From Promethearchaeota archaeon (GTDB taxonomy: Archaea; Asgardarchaeota; Lokiarchaeia; Sigyniarchaeales; SOKP01), in the NCBI GenBank assembly GCA_019058245.1, contig JAHPZJ010000020.1, forward strand, positions 1-64,000: 64,000 nt of DNA. Reading direction: 5' to 3'. Shown here piece after piece: positions 9,108-19,355 of this stretch. The notes beneath the pieces were generated by a model. The model searched no databases and was not told where the DNA came from. It saw only the letters and a program-made list of their open reading frames with translations. Numbering within the stretch: position 1 is the first letter of the stretch; each line of letters starts with the position of its first letter. A program made the position numbers and the translations under genes.

Positions 9108-10181
9108 ATGATTGAAGATTTCTTTAAAAAGGAAATAATAATTATAAACGATGAATTGAAGAGGTATTTTGCTCAATTATATAAAACTGAAAAAGATATC
9201 CTTTTGAAAGACTTTATTACTCAATTAGAAGAATTCATTTTAAACGATAAAGCAAAAAGAATCCACCCCGTATTGCTAAACGCTGCTTTTGCTGGTATTG
9301 TGAATCCTATGTATTTGGAAGATCAATTAGAACAAATTCGTGAAGTATCAATCGCTGTTGAATTGTTACATAGTGGTCACTTGATTCATGATGATCTTTT
9401 GGATGATGATATGGAAAGAAGAGGTAAACCAACCTTTCATGTTCAGTTAAAGAATGAATTAAATCAGGTATATAAGGATATAAATTTACCAAATAAAAAT
9501 GAATTAATTGGTTTATATGGACGGGATATGAGTATTTTAGGAGGAACACAAGGATATTTATTAGGTTTAAATATATTAAAATCTTCAAAATTTCCTGAAA
9601 AATTAAAAATATTAGCCATTAATGAATATTCAGAAGCGATGAATTATTTATTGAAAGGTCAATTAATTGAAGAGTATATGAACTATAATAATATTACAAT
9701 GACTCTAGAGCAATATCTTAATATTGCTGAATACCAGAAAGCAAGGATATTTGAGAAATCTGTTAAAATTGGAGCTATTTTAGCAAAAGGAAATCTTCAT
9801 TATCAAATTAAACCCCTAAGCGATGCTATGCTAGGTATTGGGCAAGCCCATTCTATCCGAGATGATATACTTGACTTAGAAAGCGATATTAAAATGAAAC
9901 AGAAAAAGATAATTTATATTTTAGCTGTTCAGAATACAGATGAAGATCAATCTAAGAGATTAAATGAACTATATCATAAGGAAAATATAACGAAAAAAGA
10001 TGTTGAAGAGGTGAAAGATATCTTTACCAAAACAAATGCTTTGATGATCGCTGACCACCTAGCAAAGAATTTGGGTGAACAAGCTAGAAGTCAATTAAAG
10101 AACATATACCCTGATTTAAATAAAGCACAGAAGGTGTTTTTTAATATATTCTCTGATTTTGTTTATTTAAGAGAATTTTAA
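9108..10181 (+). CDS. Trans-polyprenyl diphosphate synthase family protein (atypical)
   Basis: FARM HDDLLDDDMERRGKPT, GQL, SARM RDDILD. Confidence 0.85.
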   Translation: MIEDFFKKEIIIINDELKRYFAQLYKTEKDILLKDFITQLEEFILNDKAKRIHPVLLNAAFAGIVNPMYLEDQLEQIREVSIAVELLHSGHLIHDDLLDDDMERRGKPTFHVQLKNELNQVYKDINLPNKNELIGLYGRDMSILGGTQGYLLGLNILKSSKFPEKLKILAINEYSEAMNYLLKGQLIEEYMNYNNITMTLEQYLNIAEYQKARIFEKSVKIGAILAKGNLHYQIKPLSDAMLGIGQAHSIRDDILDLESDIKMKQKKIIYILAVQNTDEDQSKRLNELYHKENITKKDVEEVKDIFTKTNALMIADHLAKNLGEQARSQLKNIYPDLNKAQKVFFNIFSDFVYLREF

Positions 10182-10198
10182 ATTTACAATACCAATAA

Positions 10199-10795
10199 TC
10201 ACACAACTACACAGGAAACATGTCGTTTTTTCAACATTAGATTATTCAAATTTTTAAAAACCTCTAAAACATTATAATTCTTTAAAGCTGAAGTTCTTTT
10301 AAAACCATTAAGATTTTTGTTTTTTAAAAACTCGAATATTAATTTATTACTCACGATTTCTGAATCTGGAATACTATTAATTAAATCACTTTTACTTCCG
10401 ACAAGAATTATAGGAATATTCTTATTAACTGCATTTTCAATTATTATATTATACCAAAACTCTAATTGATTAAATGAGCTATAATTAACTGAATCAAATA
10501 CTAATAATGCTCCATTAGCTCCCTCTATAAATTTAGGGATTAATGGTGCAAATCTTTCTTGACCCCCAAAATCAAAGATTGAATTTACAATATAATTTTC
10601 TTTTAATGTATCTGGATTTTTTTTTAGATTAACTTTTAGATAAACTGAATGAAAATTAATTCCGATTGTAGGTGAGGTATCAAAATTAAATGAATTGAAA
10701 CAATAGCGATTAAATAAACTAGTTTTACCAACTGAACTAGCTCCACATATTACTGTTTTAAAGTTATATAATACGTCTCCCTGAATATAGCTCAT
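10199..10795 (-). CDS. Rab/Ras-like small GTPase with C-terminal CaaX-like motif
   Basis: G1 GASSVGKTS, G2 PTIG, G3 FDFGGQERF, G4 GSKSD, G5 TSA; ends KKRHVSCVVV*. Confidence 0.92.
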   Translation of the reverse strand: MSYIQGDVLYNFKTVICGASSVGKTSLFNRYCFNSFNFDTSPTIGINFHSVYLKVNLKKNPDTLKENYIVNSIFDFGGQERFAPLIPKFIEGANGALLVFDSVNYSSFNQLEFWYNIIIENAVNKNIPIILVGSKSDLINSIPDSEIVSNKLIFEFLKNKNLNGFKRTSALKNYNVLEVFKNLNNLMLKKRHVSCVVV

Positions 10796-11068
10796 TGATT
10801 TTCATTCTCATTATTATTTAGATAGTAATTTCTTCCTATGATTTTTATTAAAGAAATATTAGTTGAAATGAATTAGATGAAAAAATTGTAAGAAGTTTAA
10901 ATATTTTGCCTGAATTGCTTTTAATATTTAACCTTTTTAATACTATTAGATTTCATATAATTTAACATTGTTATTTTATAATAATAACATCTAAAAATTT
11001 CTTTTCCTTTAATATAATAGTAATTAGGATTGAAAAAATTATACAATAATAAATTTTAATGAATTTTT

Positions 11069-11977
11069 ATGACTATTAAAATACCTGCTGATCACATTGT
11101 AATTAGACCTCCAGTAGAAGCCTATTCCGTATTAATACCAGTAACAGGTGGGTGTTCATGGAATAAATGTAGATTTTGTGGGACTTATAAAGGTGTTTAT
11201 GGAGTTACTCAAGATTATTCAATACGATCTTTAGAAGATGTCAAAAAAGATATCGATAACTTTGCTAAAACTAATTATCATGGTTTTCCTGTATTTTTGG
11301 CTGGAGGAAATCCTACATCTGCTCCAACAGAATATTTAGTTGAAATTATTAAATATGTTAGAGTAAAACTAAAAAATGTTCCTCGAATCAGTTGTTATGC
11401 TAAAGCGTTGGATATTCTAAGAAAGACGGATGAAGAATTAAAATCATTGGCAAATGCTGGATTAAATATTGTCTATATGGGATTAGAAAGTGGTTCAAAT
11501 ACTATATTAAGAATTATGAAAAAAGGAACTAATGCGGAATCATTTATTAAAGCAGGGAAAAGAATTTTAAAAGCAGGAATTAAATTATCATTATATATTA
11601 TTTTAGGATTAGGAAGTTATAAGTATTCAGAAGAACATGTAAAAGAAACAGCCAGAATATTAACTGAAATAAATCCAACCATTTTTAGATTCCGAACCTT
11701 AAATATTTTACAAGGTACTCCTCTTTGGGATGAATGGAACTCCGGACAGTTTCAATTATTAAATCCTATAGAAAATTTAAAAGAAGAAAGGGAAATAATT
11801 GCTAATTTAGGTGAAAATGTCACTTCTCAAGTCTTTAACGACCATATTTCAAATTATTGCGCAATTGAATCTGCCAATATTAAAGAAGATAAAGAAATAT
11901 TCCTCAAGACTTTAGATGCATATATAAATGACCCAAAAATTCAGAATTTGCCGAGAAAAAATTTACAACGTATGTAA
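11069..11977 (+). CDS. Radical SAM protein
   Basis: RPPxEA, CSWNKCRFC, YMGLESGS. Confidence 0.88.
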   Translation: MTIKIPADHIVIRPPVEAYSVLIPVTGGCSWNKCRFCGTYKGVYGVTQDYSIRSLEDVKKDIDNFAKTNYHGFPVFLAGGNPTSAPTEYLVEIIKYVRVKLKNVPRISCYAKALDILRKTDEELKSLANAGLNIVYMGLESGSNTILRIMKKGTNAESFIKAGKRILKAGIKLSLYIILGLGSYKYSEEHVKETARILTEINPTIFRFRTLNILQGTPLWDEWNSGQFQLLNPIENLKEEREIIANLGENVTSQVFNDHISNYCAIESANIKEDKEIFLKTLDAYINDPKIQNLPRKNLQRM

Positions 11978-12001
11978 GGATTGAAACAAAATAAGGTTCA
12001 C

Positions 12002-13063
12002 TTATAAATCAACTAACATTTCTATTCTTTTAATGTATTTACTATAGTCTGATATTGCACCTAATACATAATTATAAATTTTATAAATCTGAGCATACCC
12101 ATTCACATTTTCTAATTTAGATTTATTTTTTTCCAAATCCAATTTTATCTTTTCTAATGTTTTTATCCATTTTGTCATTCTAAAGATAATATACCTTGCA
12201 AATCTAAGTAAAATTAATGAATCAGCACAATATGTAATTTTACCTTTATCTGAAGTATGCGCGTTATAAATAAGTTCATTCTCCAAGAGGTAATTTACTT
12301 CTTCAGATATCTTCCCTACTGATAGTCCTGTAGAATCCTTCAGAGTTTCTTGAGTGAGATATTTCCTAGTCATAAAATACCCTAAAATTTTTATAAACAT
12401 AGGATCTCGGGAAGAAAACATTGGTGAACCCACAAGTTCATTGATAATATCATCTTCAATTACATAGACTTCAGAATCATATTTTATCTCTATGACTTCT
12501 ACTTTTTCATTTTTTAACCGCTCAAATGACTTTGAAGAATACTTGTTTTGAATCTTTTCAACCAAGATATCATTAGAATTAAAAATCTTTTTATAGATTT
12601 CAAAACTATCGATTAATTCTTCAATTCTTAATGAAAGTTGTGTCGCTCCTCTTTTCGATTGTTTAATTAGCTCCTGTAACTCTTTTTTTTTATTTTTTAA
12701 GAATTTTTCCAATAAACCTATATTTTTTATTGCAAAATCAATCGCTTCAGTTGTAAGAACATTAAGCTCACCAGAAAAAGAATACTCAAATGTATGAGTA
12801 CCTTCAATACGTTGTTTTATAAAATATCCTGTACTAGCCATAACTGATAAATATGTCGAAATTGTTCCCATTGAAAATCCTGTCAGTTCTTTTAACTCTT
12901 TTTGAGTTAACTTCTCATGAATAAACAAATAACAAGCAATAGTTGCTACTTTAGGGTTTACTCTTTTGCTGCTACTAATATTTAAAATAATTTCTACAAG
13001 TTTTTCTTCATATTTATATAGGTCATCCTCAAAAAGATGACTTTTTTCCTCTTCTTCGTTCAT
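12002..13063 (-). CDS. Tandem-duplicated GbsR/MarR-type winged-helix regulator
   Basis: Two similar halves: LTQKELKELTGFSMGTISTYL and LTQETLKDSTGLSVGKISEEV. Confidence 0.8.
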   Translation of the reverse strand: MNEEEEKSHLFEDDLYKYEEKLVEIILNISSSKRVNPKVATIACYLFIHEKLTQKELKELTGFSMGTISTYLSVMASTGYFIKQRIEGTHTFEYSFSGELNVLTTEAIDFAIKNIGLLEKFLKNKKKELQELIKQSKRGATQLSLRIEELIDSFEIYKKIFNSNDILVEKIQNKYSSKSFERLKNEKVEVIEIKYDSEVYVIEDDIINELVGSPMFSSRDPMFIKILGYFMTRKYLTQETLKDSTGLSVGKISEEVNYLLENELIYNAHTSDKGKITYCADSLILLRFARYIIFRMTKWIKTLEKIKLDLEKNKSKLENVNGYAQIYKIYNYVLGAISDYSKYIKRIEMLVDL

Positions 13064-13209
13064 ATATTAATTCATATAATTGAATTTGTTTTATTTTAGT
13101 TTTAATATCAAATTGATAATAAAATATAGTTAAAGGTTTGTTAAAAAATAATTATTTATTATATCTTGATTAATATATATCTTTACATATTTTTATACTT
13201 TTTTATAAA

Positions 13210-13226
13210 TTTCAAAGAATATGAAA
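13210..13226. promoter_or_regulatory. Candidate operator palindrome TTTCA-N7-TGAAA
   Basis: TTTCAAAGAATATGAAA. Related copies lie at 13560-13576 and 13613-13629, in the divergent regulator/ABC intergenic region. Confidence 0.45.
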
Positions 13227-13315
13227 CCAGAAAATCCACTTAATTTAACCTTTTTTAAGTGAAATTAATTTTTTGATATAATAATAAAATAAAAGACATT
13301 TGGATTTTTCATTCT

Positions 13316-13523
13316 ATGGAGCAGCACTATATTTTTAAAATATTATTGGAGAACCTAGATTTTATACAATCTCGTGTTAATTGAGCAACCAGAGAACTAT
13401 GACAATTATAATGATCTAAATGGACTGATTGGCGCTTCAATAACCTGCTGGGATTTAATTAATCTCCAAGTAAAAGCTTCATATGGGCATTATAACGATG
13501 ATTGGGTATACATATGGTTATAA
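13316..13523 (+). pseudogene. Possible decayed gene fragment
   Basis: GC-richer patch in an AT-rich intergenic region. A short ATG ORF is followed by a frameshifted ~54-codon frame (ILYNLVLIEQPENYDNYNDLNGLIGASITCWDL...DDWVYIWL*). Confidence 0.35.
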
Positions 13524-13559
13524 TAACCTTTTTTTTTAAATAAAAGATATTAAATTAAG

Positions 13560-13629
13560 TTTCGAAATTTGTGAAAACATTTAAATAGTTTAGTTTTTCT
13601 ATATATATTAGCATTCTTAAAATTTGAAA
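13560..13629. promoter_or_regulatory. Two candidate operator copies upstream of the ABC operon
   Basis: TTTCGAAATTTGTGAAA (13560-13576) and ATTCTTAAAATTTGAAA (13613-13629) flank an AT-rich TATA-like region. Confidence 0.4.
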
Positions 13630-13737
13630 AAACTGAATACAAAATCTTAAATTTTAGGTATGTCTAATTTAACAATATATATAAGAAAAATTTATCAATA
13701 TTTTAATCAAATGAATAATAATTAGGAGTAAATAATT

Positions 13738-14652
13738 ATGTCTAAAGAAATAGTTATTCAAACCCGGAATTTAACAAAATATTATGGGAAATCACGTGGT
13801 ATTGAACAATTAAATCTTGAAATATTTAAAGGAGAAATATTTGGTCTTCTTGGACCTAATGGTGCGGGTAAAACAACAACCTGTAGACTCCTTCTTGATT
13901 TAATTCGAAAGACCTCAGGTGAAGCAAAAGTTTTTGGTCTTGATACTCACTCTCATTCGATTGAAATCCGTCAACGTTCTGCTTACCTACCTGGTGAATT
14001 AGGTTTGTTTCAAGAAAAAACTGCTAGGAGAAACCTCCAATATCTTCTTGGACTTTATGAAAATCATATTCCAATTAGACGAATTGAGGAACTAGCAGAA
14101 ATATTTGGATTAAACCTTGACAGAAAAGTTAAAGAACTCAGTAAGGGGAATAAACAAAAAGTTGGGATAATTTTAGCATTAGCCCCTAACGTAGATCTTC
14201 TCATCTTAGATGAACCTACATCTGGACTAGATCCTCTAATTACAGCTGAATTCTATAAAATCCTTTATAAACAGCAAGAAGAGACACATTCAACTGTATT
14301 ACTTAGTTCACACTTACTTAATGAAGTTGAAAAAGTAGCTCATCGTGTTGGTATCATAAGAGAAGGATCAATAGTGGAGGTAGCGACAATAAAGCAACTT
14401 AAACGTATGGCAATGAAAGAGATAAAGGTTGAATTTGCCTCTAAAGTAGAATTACAGAATTTTAATGATAAAATATCTTCAAAATTAATGAAACCTCCAA
14501 TTATAGATGAAAATCACACTTCAATTATGATAAATCGTGAAGAATTAAAAAATATATTAAACCTACTTTCAAAATTTGAAATCTTTGATATTGAAATTAC
14601 CAGCCCTGCCCTGGAGGATATATTTTTAAAATATTATGAGGTGGCATCATAA
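13738..14652 (+). CDS. ABC-2 type exporter ATP-binding protein
   Basis: GPNGAGKTT, LSKGNKQK, LDEPTSGLD, SSH. Confidence 0.93.
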   Translation: MSKEIVIQTRNLTKYYGKSRGIEQLNLEIFKGEIFGLLGPNGAGKTTTCRLLLDLIRKTSGEAKVFGLDTHSHSIEIRQRSAYLPGELGLFQEKTARRNLQYLLGLYENHIPIRRIEELAEIFGLNLDRKVKELSKGNKQKVGIILALAPNVDLLILDEPTSGLDPLITAEFYKILYKQQEETHSTVLLSSHLLNEVEKVAHRVGIIREGSIVEVATIKQLKRMAMKEIKVEFASKVELQNFNDKISSKLMKPPIIDENHTSIMINREELKNILNLLSKFEIFDIEITSPALEDIFLKYYEVAS

Positions 14653-15474
14653 ATGAAACGATTTTTTAGCACTATTAAGGAGTTAATATTAGAAAAAAAA
14701 TTTATGATTCTAATATTAGGTGGAGTAATTGGGTTATTAAGCTTTTATATAATAGTAATTATAGGTGATATGAATATTCAGGAATTGCAAGAAATATTCA
14801 GCGCATTTCCTGAAGGATTTTTGGAATTTTTTGGAGATTTGGAGGTTTTAGCTAACCCTTATGGATTTTGGTCATTGGAAATGTTGAGTTTCATTTGGTT
14901 ATATGCAGGGATATATCTAATTTTTTTGGCTAGTTCTCTCTTATCTCATGATGTTGAAGACAAATCGATCGATCTTTCACTCTCTAAGCCAATTTCTCGG
15001 TATAATTACCTTGGGAGTAAGATTGCATTCCTTTATATATTTATTATCTCAACAATTGGCATTTTCTTTTTAATAACGATAGGAAGTGTTGTTGCTTCTC
15101 CAGTATTCAGAACAGAAGGAATCTATCTTGAAAGATTTTTTGCAACCTTTTTTTCTGTTGTTCTCTTTCTCGGAGTGCTAGCAATGGTATCTAAATTTAT
15201 ATCGACAATTTTCTTAAGTACCAAAAAGTCATTAGCACTAGGTATAATGGTCTTATTTATAATGTATTTTCTCGGTGAATTTTATGTGTATATGGATGAA
15301 GCAATACAGGACATAAAATATATTTCAATATTCTATTACTTTAATCCTACTGATTATATGGTAATGGCAGACGCTTCTATATTTACTAGAGATATTGTGA
15401 TATTAGGGGTAATCAATATTATTCTTATTGTAGGTAGTCTACTTATTTTTAACAGGAAAGATATCCCAAATTAA
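14653..15474 (+). CDS. ABC-2 type permease
   Basis: 6 TM; DLSLSKPISR; C-terminal FNRKDIP. Confidence 0.88.
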   Translation: MKRFFSTIKELILEKKFMILILGGVIGLLSFYIIVIIGDMNIQELQEIFSAFPEGFLEFFGDLEVLANPYGFWSLEMLSFIWLYAGIYLIFLASSLLSHDVEDKSIDLSLSKPISRYNYLGSKIAFLYIFIISTIGIFFLITIGSVVASPVFRTEGIYLERFFATFFSVVLFLGVLAMVSKFISTIFLSTKKSLALGIMVLFIMYFLGEFYVYMDEAIQDIKYISIFYYFNPTDYMVMADASIFTRDIVILGVINIILIVGSLLIFNRKDIPN

Positions 15475-15660
15475 TTTCTATATTTTTTTTTTGGATCTTC
15501 TTAAAGTTTTATTATACCTTTCTATCTAGAGAATCTCATCAAAATAACTTAAATAAAAACTTTTACTTTATTATAACCATTTAATTTCTGAAGCTCTTCT
15601 CCATTCCCCTCAAAATTTCTTTTAATTTCAAGAAATTGTATTCATTCGTACCACAAAATT

Positions 15661-15935
15661 CTTTTTCTCGATATTTATGGATACTAAGAAATAATTTATC
15701 TTTAGTTTTGGCGTGATAATCTTTCTCTATGCAATTGGTCAATTCTGGCATAGTTTTGGAGAGAGTGTGGAAAGTATAAAATACATATTTTTTTTTATTA
15801 CTCTGATATTTTAAATCTACTTATAAATAGTAATTGGGATGTTGTTCGATTAAAATTATATTTCTCTCAAATTATTCTGTTGGATTAACTATTTTATCGG
15901 TAATTCTTTTTAAAAAAAGGGATATCCCTGTATAA
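15661..15935 (+). pseudogene. Frameshifted C-terminal remnant of a second ABC-2 permease
   Basis: Fragments FSIFMDTKK*, GVIIFLYAIGQFWHSFGESVESIKYI and GLTILSVILFKKRDIPV* parallel the C-terminus of 14653..15474. Confidence 0.75.
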
Positions 15936-16098
15936 TAATCCTAAATTATCTTTTTTTCTTTTTTTATTTGTTCGAAATTAATCGTTCAATACGAAAAATT
16001 TAAAAGTTCGAATATCCTTTATATTAAAATTTATATATGTTACAATAAGAATATAATCAACTCAAGATTATATTAGATCTTTAACGAGGTTAATAAAA

Positions 16099-17571
16099 AT
16101 GTCAAATTTCAGAGAAAAAATTCACTCGAAAGAACTTATCGCAACATTTGATGACGTATTAGTGCTTCCGGGTTTCACTGACTTTTCTCCAAGTGAAGTA
16201 GATATTTCCTCCAGTTTAGGGCCATACCATCTAAATCTTCCTATCATGTCATCTGCTATGGATACAGTAACAGAAGAATTAATGGCAATTAACATGGCTT
16301 TACATGGAGGTTTAGGAGTCATACATCGCAATTGTTCTTATGAAAGACAATTAGAAATGGTTAGAATTGTGAAACGTGCTCGATCATTTGTGATTGATGA
16401 TGAACACGTAGCAACTATTAATCCTAGTGCTAGAGTTGCTAAGGCAAAATTTATGATGGAAAACTATAATATTAGTGGTATTGTGGTGGTAAATGAAGAT
16501 AAAAAAGTATGTGGTATTATTACAAAGCGTGACATTCCCTTTTTTGAACAAGATATAAAAAATGGAGCAGTAAAAGACTATATGACAAAAGACGTAATTT
16601 CTATCAAACCAGGTGCCTCAAGGGAAGAAGCATTGAAAATTTTATATGAATCACGCAAGGAAAAATTACCTATTATTGACAATGATGGTTATCTAAAAGG
16701 CTTAATCACAAAAAAAGATCTTGCACCAGAATTTCCATTCGCAACTAAAGATGAAGAAGGTCATTTATTATGCGCATTAGCAATCTCTCCTAAATTTCCT
16801 GAATCATCACAAGCTCAGAATATATTAAAAGAGATTGAAAAATATGTTGATATTTTCTTTATTGATGTAGCTGATTTTTATAAGAAGGACGATATTGTGG
16901 GTACATCAAAACTTATGAAATTCTTAGAATCTAATTTTGTCTTAGGGAATATTGGAACGTATCAAGCAGCTGAATATATCATTTCCAAATGTGATTTTGT
17001 TGAAGAGCAATTTATTGGATTAAAGGTGGGAATGGGTTCTGGATCGATATGTACAACCTCGATTCAAACAGGAGTAGGATCTCCAACTCTATTTGCAACG
17101 GCTCAAGTTGCTGATGCAATATCAGATCATAATCCAAAATTATCTTTGATTGCAGATGGAGGGTTTAGTAAACCAGGAGATTTACCAAAATCGTTTGCCG
17201 CTGGTGCTGATTTAATAATGTCTGGGCATTTCTTTGCAGGTACTGATGAATCTCCAGGCTTTATTGATACTATAGCAGGAAGAAAAGTAAAAGTGTATCG
17301 AGGTATGGGCAGTAAAGAAGCAAGAACATTTGGTTATGTCTCAGATCGTTACACTGAAGGATCAAAAGTCTTAACTGAGGGTGTTTCTAATTATGTACCT
17401 TATGTAGGAGATGTAGCGGGAGTTTTGGCCACTTTAAAAGAAGGACTTTCGAATGGAATGATTTATGCAGGATCAAAAACTATTAAAGATATGAAACAAG
17501 CTCAATTGGGTATAGTTTCTATTGTTGGACAAAGAGAAACCCAACCTCATGATCTTATTGGAAAATTTTAA
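16099..17571 (+). CDS. guaB: IMP dehydrogenase with CBS pair
   Basis: TFDDVL, SSAMDTVTE, GMGSGSICTT, IADGG, YRGMGS. Confidence 0.95.
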   Translation: MSNFREKIHSKELIATFDDVLVLPGFTDFSPSEVDISSSLGPYHLNLPIMSSAMDTVTEELMAINMALHGGLGVIHRNCSYERQLEMVRIVKRARSFVIDDEHVATINPSARVAKAKFMMENYNISGIVVVNEDKKVCGIITKRDIPFFEQDIKNGAVKDYMTKDVISIKPGASREEALKILYESRKEKLPIIDNDGYLKGLITKKDLAPEFPFATKDEEGHLLCALAISPKFPESSQAQNILKEIEKYVDIFFIDVADFYKKDDIVGTSKLMKFLESNFVLGNIGTYQAAEYIISKCDFVEEQFIGLKVGMGSGSICTTSIQTGVGSPTLFATAQVADAISDHNPKLSLIADGGFSKPGDLPKSFAAGADLIMSGHFFAGTDESPGFIDTIAGRKVKVYRGMGSKEARTFGYVSDRYTEGSKVLTEGVSNYVPYVGDVAGVLATLKEGLSNGMIYAGSKTIKDMKQAQLGIVSIVGQRETQPHDLIGKF

Positions 17572-17750
17572 ATTCTAAAATTACAAAAAGGGTCAATATA
17601 ATTTATAGACTAACCATAAGGTGTTAAATCTTAAAGGATTAGACCAACTCTTACTTATTAAGGTTTAATTAATTAAGTTTTAACTATAGTAAACTTTTCT
17701 TTATTACTAACATTTTTATATATAGAGAAAATAATTCAAAATGAATTTTT

Positions 17751-19355
17751 ATGAAAACGATAAAAAGAGCAATTATTAGCGTTTATGATAAGAGTGGAAT
17801 TATAGAATTCGCGAAAGTATTACAGAATGAATTTAGGATTGAAATATTATCAACTGGAGGTACCGGAAGCCTTTTAGAAAAGAATGGAATTAAACATACT
17901 AAAATTTCTGAGTTTACTAATTCACCTGAAATGTTTGAGGGGAGAATTAAAACTTTACACCCTAAAATAGAAGGGGGAATATTATTTCGAAGGGGTTTAC
18001 AGAGTGATATTGATGATGCTGATAAATATAATATTAAACCAATTGATATGGTTGTGTGTAATTTATATCAATTCAAAGAAGCAATTGAGAAACCAGGAAT
18101 AGCTCTTGATGATGCTTTGGAACTAATAGATATTGGAGGACCAACGATGATTCGTTCGGCTGCAAAGAATTTTCCAGATGTTATAGTGATTCCAAGTCCA
18201 GAATATTATAATGAGATAATTGATGAACTTAGGAAAAATAAAGGTGCTATTACTGAAGGAACTCGAATAATTCTCGCACAAGATGTTTTCGCTATTATGG
18301 CTGACTATAATGCAGCTATTGCTAGTTATCTACAAAAAGTATATAATCCAAATGCTTTTTTCCCCCATACAATGATAAAAGTATATGAAAAAGTACAAGA
18401 TTGTAGATATGGTGAGAATTGGGATCAAAAAGCAGCTTATTACAAAGATACTCTTAGTACACATGGTCTTCACAATCTAAAACAAATCAGTGGAAAAGAG
18501 ATCTCTTTCAACAACTACTTAGACATTGATTCTTGTATGCAAATTCTCTTAGATTTTGGCACTGAAAATTACACAACGGCAATATTAAAGCATACTAGTC
18601 CTAATGGTATAGCAATTGATAAAAATGACCAATTAATGTCAGTAAAAAAAGCATTTAGCACAGATCCTTTATCTGCTTTTGGAGGAATCTGGGGAATTAA
18701 TAAAAAATTATCAAAGGAAGTTGCTGATTTCATAGTTAACAAAGAAAAAATATTTTTAGAAGTTATAATGGCTCCTTCTTTTGAGGATAAAGCCTTAGAA
18801 ATATTAAAACAAAAAAAAAATATGATTATTATTGAATATGGAGATTTTCTTAGTAATAGAAACGATATATATAAAAATTTCGAAATTAGAAGTGTATTAG
18901 GTGGAATTATTGCACAAGAATATGACAGTAAGCCTATTATTAAAGAATGGAATGTCGTAAGCAAGAAAAAGGTGACTGATATTGAAAAAGAAGCTTTAAT
19001 TTTTGCTTATAAAGTTTCAAAATGGGCTAAGTCAAATTCAGCGTGCTTTGCTCAGATTCATGATGATGGCTTTTATACAATTGGAATCGGTGCCGGACAA
19101 CAAAGTCGAGTTCATGTAGTCAAATTGGCAATCCAGAAAGCCATTGAATTTGGTCATAAAGATAATTTGAAAAATTCTGTAATGGGGACAGATTCTTTCT
19201 TTCCATTTCCTGATGGCTTAGAGGTTGCTGTTGAAGCTGGAGCAACAGCAATTATAAATCCGGGGGGTTCCATTAGAGATGATGAAGTGATTGAGCGTGC
19301 AGACGAATTAAATTGTGCTTTGGTATTTTGTGGTAAAAGAGTCTTTCGTCACTAG
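17751..19355 (+). CDS. purH: Bifunctional AICAR transformylase/IMP cyclohydrolase
   Basis: SVYDK, GRIKTLHP, IDIGGPTMIRSAAKN, RYGEN, KSN, PGGSIRD, RVFRH. Confidence 0.96.
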   Translation: MKTIKRAIISVYDKSGIIEFAKVLQNEFRIEILSTGGTGSLLEKNGIKHTKISEFTNSPEMFEGRIKTLHPKIEGGILFRRGLQSDIDDADKYNIKPIDMVVCNLYQFKEAIEKPGIALDDALELIDIGGPTMIRSAAKNFPDVIVIPSPEYYNEIIDELRKNKGAITEGTRIILAQDVFAIMADYNAAIASYLQKVYNPNAFFPHTMIKVYEKVQDCRYGENWDQKAAYYKDTLSTHGLHNLKQISGKEISFNNYLDIDSCMQILLDFGTENYTTAILKHTSPNGIAIDKNDQLMSVKKAFSTDPLSAFGGIWGINKKLSKEVADFIVNKEKIFLEVIMAPSFEDKALEILKQKKNMIIIEYGDFLSNRNDIYKNFEIRSVLGGIIAQEYDSKPIIKEWNVVSKKKVTDIEKEALIFAYKVSKWAKSNSACFAQIHDDGFYTIGIGAGQQSRVHVVKLAIQKAIEFGHKDNLKNSVMGTDSFFPFPDGLEVAVEAGATAIINPGGSIRDDEVIERADELNCALVFCGKRVFRH

